Shown here in pieces: positions 21,520 through 28,480 of a DNA stretch of 28,480 nt. The stretch lies in the NCBI RefSeq assembly GCF_000181795.1, contig NW_003526941.1, positions 2,702,661-2,731,140 on the forward strand. The letters are read 5' to 3'. Position numbers and translations under genes: made by a program. The first letter of the stretch is position 1; each line of letters opens with the position of its first letter. The notes under the pieces are model-generated. The model ran no database searches and was not told the origin of the DNA. It saw only the letters and a program-made list of their open reading frames with translations. Origin of the DNA: Trichinella spiralis (taxonomy: Eukaryota).

Positions 21520-24500
21520 CAGCGGCGTTGCGAGGGTTTCACGTCAAAATCAAACCCCAGTGTATATTATGTGATGATGTTGCTGAACACTTTGAAGTTA
21601 GTTTTGAAAGAATTAGTTTTGGAGCAACTTATCAAAGCTGGCCTCCAAGCTAGTTGGGCACGTATAGCGTCAGCGAAACAATCAAATGCAATCATCATTC
21701 ATCACTTTGAAAACTTTCCCACAAATCTTTTTTGCAGTTGATTATTTTTTATGATTGTTTTGATTTCCTTTGATTAACTGTATTTTTCTGATATGCTAAT
21801 TTTCTGTTTGATTGTATTGAAGTTTTCCATGAAACTTTTTCACTGATGCAATCTCGGTTTTTTCGTAAATTAGAGAGTTTGGATTTGTAGTTGTTATGAT
21901 TTTTCTTTCAATTTCTTTTTCTGAATCTCTGAAGTCAGAGGTAAATTTCTTCCCTGTAATGCACTTTCAACTATGATGCGTGAGACTGTTTGTCAGAGCG
22001 TAATAATTGCTAATTGGATGTCACTGAAAACTCACGGCACATTTGACACTATTTATAACAAATATTTCAAACTGATATTGGCCTGGGAAACATGTGACAA
22101 TTAAATATGCTGTTCTGTCTTATCATTGGCTGCTATTATCTATTTGTACACCGTTGCTAATCCAACAACAAAGCGAATTTGTACATATATATATATATAT
22201 ATATACATATGTATTATATTAGTATGTATATGTATATGTATATGTATTGATGTATCCTATTGTATGTATATGTATTGACTTGATTTGCTTGTTAGCGGTG
22301 TCTAGTGTCATGCGAGATGTATCGATAAATGCAAATATGAGCTGTGTTGTTAAATGATTAATTTATGCTTCTGGGTGATTTTTCTAACATTTATATTTGT
22401 TATTTGTTTGCATTTAATTGACAGTGTTAACAATCTAAACTATGCTGATTTTTTTATTATTCCTTTTTAAAAATCGAAGAACAGATGTTAACAATAGAGT
22501 TTTTATCCCCTTCTTGAACACATCACCTTTCTTGCTCCATCCTATCACTTTACTGATCGAAAATTTTATCTTCACTTTTGAGGAATCTGAACTATACATT
22601 TGTAAAACCGAAAGACATAATGCAATCACTACAATGCGACTGAACCTAAATCTTTGCAGATTAGTACCCCCTAAACCCATCCTCCTAGTGAACATATCAT
22701 TGTCTCTTTCCAATGTAGCTAACTAGATAATCTTTTATAAGACGGCAATGCTCTTGTAAAAAATAATATCAATTATNNNNNNNNNNNNNNNNNNNNNNNN
22801 NNNNNNNNNNNNNNNNNNNNNNNNNNNNNNNNNNNNNNNNNNNNNNNNNNNNNNNNNNNNNNNNNNNNNNNNNNNNNNNNNNNNNNNNNNNNNNNNNNNN
22901 NNNNNNNNNNNNNNNNNNNNNNNNNNNNNNNNNNNNNNNNNNNNNNNNNNNNNNNNNNNNNNNNNNNNNNNNNNNNNNNNNNNNNNNNNNNNNNNNNNNN
23001 NNNNNNNNNNNNNNNNNNNNNNNNNNNNNNNNNNNNNNNNNNNNNNNNNNNNNNNNNNNNNNNNNNNNNNNNNNNNNNNNNNNNNNNNNNNNNNNNNNNN
23101 NNNNNNNNNNNNNNNNNNNNNNNNNNNNNNNNNNNNNNNNNNNNNNNNNNNNNNNNNNNNNNNNNNNNNNNNNNNNNNNNNNNNNNNNNNNNNNNNNNNN
23201 NNNNNNNNNNNNNNNNNNNNNNNNNNNNNNNNNNNNNNNNNNNNNNNNNNNNNNNNNNNNNNNNNNNNNNNNNNNNNNNNNNNNNATGTTTTGCTCAGTG
23301 AAGCGTTGATCAGACACAAAGTATAAAGGTAAGTGCAAAAAAATTAGCAGAAATTCTGTCGATTTTGAACAGAGAGTTTACTTTGGTAAATTTTTTGAAA
23401 ATTCTTAGTAATGGTTTTTCAAAAGTATTATTTATAATGAGTAATTTTTGTGCGAAATTGTTTTCCACTGACAGGTGCATGGTTTGAAATTTTTGGATGA
23501 AGTTAAATTATTTGTGAAATAGCTGCACTTTATGATTGACTTTGTTTCAAGTTGAATATAGCTGAACTGAACGATCGCGATCGAGCAGAAACAGTCAGAG
23601 CAGTTTATTCAGATTGTACTATTGAAACGCTTTATTTATTTTTCATTTAAATGCCTTTCAATCAATTACTGAAGACTAATTTATTTGTTTTAAGGTTATT
23701 TATGATGGTAGTAAAATTTTAATATCTTACTTTGAACTTCTTTACCTCAATTGTACGTCGGTATTTATTTTTAAGTGTTCCAATTCTCCACTTTGCACTT
23801 TTGAAAGTTTTAAATGGTTTTCAATAAATGGACATTATTTTAATTCATCAATTGGCGACTTGTTAAATTGGCAAAATTGATTTTCAAATTCAGGCGTATT
23901 TCGTTATTAGCATTTCATTAATTGTAACTAGCTTTTGTTTATTTTTAGGCACTGTAAATGTACAGTTTGAAATGTTTTTAGTGACGATGTTCAGCAGTTA
24001 AGTTTTAATCATATTTTATTTTTCAGGCGACTTTGAATCGCAGCATCATTGCTATTTTGCACTGCTATGAAAAAAATAAAAAGAAAACAAGTGTGCAAAA
24101 AGGAAGATGTTACCTTTCAAAAAAGCTATAATATTTGCAGTCTGAGGTACAATTTTAACGTGACAAACTTAATTGTACTGAATATTCGTTTGTTTTAGTG
24201 GGATACTGTTTTTGTTGTTGTTGTTGCTGCTGTTATTGAATTTGCATATTTCAAGTAGCGATTGTTACGATTAATTCAAATGACATGGGAAGACAAGACT
24301 GTTATCATGAGCAACTGAATCAACGGAACATTTGTCACTCATTTGTGAAAGAGTGGATGAAAAGAATATCTAAATACATAAATAAAAGTGGTATGGGAAA
24401 GTTAGTTGGACTGCTTGATGCGTTGCTGTGCGGTCTTGATGGCGACAAACTGATTGAAAACTGCAGCATGGAACGTGTTGTCAAACGTTGTTTGACGCGT

Positions 24501-27500
24501 CACATTCCATACCAATGGCACGTCATCGTTTTTCCACGATTGGGGGTCAGTGAGAAAAAAATGCGCGAAATAAACGAAGCAGTTGGTGAGATGCCATTGG
24601 AAAAGAAAAAAGCTGCTATTTACTTTGAATGATGAAATCAGTTCGTATAAGTCGAACAGAACGAACAATAAGAGAGAGAGAGAAAGTTTTGCAGAAATGC
24701 TCACTCAGCCTGCCTAACGCCGATTGGCCTGTTGCCAACGACCGTTTTCATCTCAACTTATGGATAAAAGAAAAGCAGGTCTGCTGAATTTTTTTCTGTT
24801 AATTTTATCAGTAACTTTTCGGTTTTGCTTTTCTTTTATTTTCTGAATTTTTTTTCGAAACTGTACATGTTGAGGGGTTTTTTTTGCTCTCGCTGTTTTG
24901 TTTCTCTTCTCTTTTGTTACTAGTTTGTCAATGGCCTGTATATATATATATATATATCTTCACAATCTTCATTTGCAGCCGAGTGGCGTCATTTTCTTTC
25001 GACAGCGCAGACAACAGCATAGCATGATGATTTCCAAGTGATTGTAATCTGATCAATCCATCTCTTCGAGATTCGTCAAATTTTTACTGCATAGCTATAT
25101 CAGCTAGCTGCAGCAGCTATGTTTAGCCGAAAAATATTAACAGGAAAGAATGAATATTCATTCTTCTTCACTGCACATTTTGCCGATCCAATGCATCAAA
25201 TATGAAAGCACGCGTTTGAACTGCGGTTATCTTTATGCGCATTAATTCATGATTTAATTTTTTTATTTTTTGAAGTTTAAAGTTTTATTGATGAGGGGTC
25301 TTGTTTTTTTCCACTAACAAATGTGCGAATGTCTAGAAGTGTTCAGCATTTTTGAAATGAGCTATCAGAGAAGTTTGTGAAATTCCATTATTCACCTAGT
25401 CAGTAATGTGGTACGTTCTCCTTTTTGCATGTTTGTAAAATTGTAAGCGTTTTACTTGTAGTTGTAATAAGGATGCTTCTTTTTTGCGAGATTCATATCT
25501 CCCCCTTTTTGTATATTATTCATTCATTGCATAGGTTTTTAAATTTAATAAAAAACAGCTTTTTCTTCTTGTAAATAACAATTTGTGTCAGTCAAGTGAA
25601 TATTTTATATGGCGAATTTCAAATTTTCAGTATCTCTTTCACACGAAAACAATTAATTATAAGGATTAGTTTCAAGTGGTCAAAGAAAGATAATAAATGG
25701 GGAGCGGTATCGGTCTTAGTGTTTGCAGATTGGCAGATTATAAAAGAAATATATGATCTTTTTTGTATTAATACTTAAAGATTAGTATTATATTGTGATG
25801 TACATTGCAGGAAGCTTAGACGCAAACTGAAATTGTTTGCAGAAGAATGTGTGTGATTGTTTTCTTTTTATTTCACGAAAATTTCCAGAGTTTTGAAGAA
25901 AAAAAACGACTGATCTGGAGTGTAGATTTTGTTTGTAATTTTTTTCCATTCATGGGAGGAGAACGGGGAAGGGAGCAATTTGTTCAGTTGTTTGAGCTAC
26001 GACAGACGGCTAGCTAGTTAGCTGTCGTCACAATGGTTAAGTTTTGGGAAAACGTCAAATTGGGGGCGTCAACGTTGAGCGTGTTTTAACCGACACATTA
26101 GCTTGTTTGGATTTTCTAAACAGCAGCACAGCGCTTCAACTTAGTGATTGATGCACTAATCAGTGTTGTCAGATAGCGATAAAATTATCGCTTGTACGAG
26201 AGCATTAAGCTGGGCTTTTCTGCTTTCTGCAAAGATATCAACCATTTTCTAGAATGGAACGATCCGACTTGTGGTAGTGTGTGTTGGCGCGTTCAAGCGT
26301 GAATTCAGTCAAGCGTTCATTGTTTATCAAAAGCTTGATGCCTTTTCATGCGTCAAGCATGTCTGCTGTGGGTATGGGTTAGAGACGATTTCGATGTTCG
26401 GTACAGTGAACAGATTTTTATTTAATGTTGATCAGTTTTTTCTGAACAACTTTCAGCTAGTTGCCTTTTGTACGAGCTTCGTCATGGCTAATTGCGGCAG
26501 ACAATGATTGATTGATTGTTACAAAGTAATTTTTTAATGCTTTACAGATTATTTCTTATCTGCTGTCAAAAGATGATCTGATAAAATAAATAATTACGTT
26601 TTTCAATCTTAGCAGCTTATCGAATCAAAATGGCTGTTCGTTGAATTTTGTTGTAATTTGGCAAAATATTAACCTTATTTGTAGTCTGATTATTTTCACT
26701 GCATTTATAGATTAAGATCGTCCATCATTTTCATTTGCTTGGAAATTGTCAGACTTTTTCTTTGCTCAGATCAATTGTTTTGCCGTTTTAGAATTTTGCT
26801 AATATTTAGCTTAATAATAATTTAGTTGCTTTCTGTTGATCTTCCGATTCAAGCGAAGCAGTCAAGCAGATTGAAGATTCTGTCAGAAAACAAGCAACGG
26901 GCTTAGCTCATTTCGTTTGAAAATTTATTTTTCATTTGACCATTTCCTGGGGCGCCGTTGTTCAAATCCTTTGCCTACATCATCTCTGCTGCTGCTGTTG
27001 AACTTATTTGATCAGGGGACAGTTTTCATTATTGTTCCCAATGCAAACACACTGCTACATCACAATTTGCACTTGTTTTATTCAATTTTCACCAAATTGC
27101 CTCAGTTCAACTGACATCTTCTGCTTTGAAAGGCCATTTTCTCTTTTTCTTCTTTTTTTATTTATTGCTGCTGCCCTTCTCGAGCTATTTCAATTTTGCC
27201 ATTTTTGTGCAAAATTGTGCGCAAATACTTGTTGAATTCAATTTATTGAGTAGTTGGTGAATATTTTTGATTTTTTAAATGGTAAAATGACTCGTAATTG
27301 TGATGTGATTTGTATTTTATTTTCTAAGCAAAATTACGAAGACACATGTGTAGATGATTGTTTTCATAATTTTACAACACCTCAGTTGGAAAGATGATTG
27401 AAAGATTTCACTTATTCAACTATTATTCATTTATTATTCATCTGAAGCTTTTCATTTAATTAGAAAAAATGACTTTATGTAGTTTATACCTTTTTTTCAT

Positions 27501-28480
27501 TTGGTTTGAGTGATCAGAACTTTTCTATGTATTTTTTGTTGTTGTGCGGTTGTACGTTTGGGTATTTTAGCCTTTGTCATGCTTTTTGTTGAACTGCTGT
27601 TAATCGTTGGTAATATGTCCCCATGCATCGCAGATAAGAAGATCTGCTTTAGGCAACGATAAGCTTATTGGAGTGGAAATTGAAATTCAATTTTAGCAAA
27701 TAAAAAAAATATATTATGGATGGTGGATGATCATCCGGCCGGTTGCTGCTGCTCTGCTGTGTTGTGATGATCATCGCTATTCTCCACAACGCCGGCAATT
27801 ATTGCAGTTTCGAGCTAATTGGCGTTGTTTTACGCTCTGTGACGTCACGACGTTTCATGTTCAAGCTTCGGTCGGTTGTCTCGGTTGATTGACGCCGTGT
27901 AACTTGAAAATCTCTCCGTTATTTGTGATGTTCTCTTTTTTTATCTTCATATCTCCATTGTTTTGTTGTGTGTAATTATTTTGAATTTGCACGGATGAAT
28001 GTGGATGTTTTGTTGCAATGCAGCTCGCACATGTAAAAAAGAAAAAATGAATCTTGAAAGCTCGTTGTTTGAGCTTTCGTCTGTTGAAAAAAGGAGGAAA
28101 AATTGCCTGCTGAGCAAAATAGCAAGCAGCAACTTGTTTTCTTAGAGATTTTATTCAACGTGCCATTGTTCCACTTGAACTTGAAACAGGGTAGCAGAAT
28201 GATTATGTAAATATGTATATATTCTCGGTCTTTAATGAATTCGCTCTTGTTTGTTCTGTTGGTATTGGTTCAGTTGCAGTTATTTATGAAAAAGGGGTTG
28301 AATCAGGCTATCATATTCGATTATGCATGCTATCAGGCAGAATTAAGCATCGTTATTTATCACATATCGAAGTATTTGTTGTCCAACTGGTTAGGTTAAT
28401 GATTTTACTTCCATAGCACTTTTCATGCTTTGATTTATTATCAATATTTTGCCACTCGTTTATATATAATTTACGAAGCA
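20721..28480 (+). repeat. Large direct duplication, copy B; probable uncollapsed haplotype
   Basis: Matches 1..7621 with scattered SNPs and indels; follows an N gap, contains a 509-N gap, and degrades next to that gap and at the window end. Confidence 0.95.
22777..23285. other. Assembly gap (509 N)
   Basis: N run; copy A (~2050..2375) supplies the probable missing sequence. Confidence 1.

Noticed and set aside
22400..22776. Strongly diverged segment of copy B relative to 1670..2050, resembling rapid evolution or gene conversion
   Set aside because: It is colinear but garbled sequence directly after a TA microsatellite and before an N gap, best explained as a degraded sequencing read tail.
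22735..23338. Long ORFs of 189-194 aa
   Set aside because: Artefacts of the N gap.
1..28480. CRISPR arrays, tRNA/rRNA/snRNA genes, retroelement or transposase ORFs, prokaryotic-type systems
   Set aside because: None seen. The repeats are microsatellites or large near-identical duplications, and the window is intron-containing eukaryotic DNA. A covariance-model search (Infernal/Rfam) would be needed to exclude small ncRNAs.

Overview
AT-rich eukaryotic genomic DNA from a draft assembly, with three N gaps. The short introns, TTTCAG-type acceptors and microsatellites suggest a nematode, possibly Trichinella-like; this is inference only. One protein-coding gene is well supported: a 13-exon, + strand FGD/frabin/EXC-5-family Cdc42 RhoGEF with DH-PH-FYVE-PH architecture. 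I reconstructed its CDS by hand at 9251..16151, about 859 aa, and all 12 introns are GT-AG and phase-consistent. Two near-identical direct duplications cover much of the rest: 1..7621 recurs at 20721..28480, and 16264..17608 recurs at 18899..20260. The second copies lie next to N gaps and have degraded ends, so they are most likely uncollapsed haplotypes or redundant contigs. I found no convincing novel multi-gene system, RNA gene, CRISPR array or intact transposon. The best leads are a FYVE domain lacking its PI3P-binding motif, a GC/CpG-rich 1 kb first exon encoding an unassigned N-terminal region, an unresolved 5' end, and two candidate minus-strand spliced transcripts.
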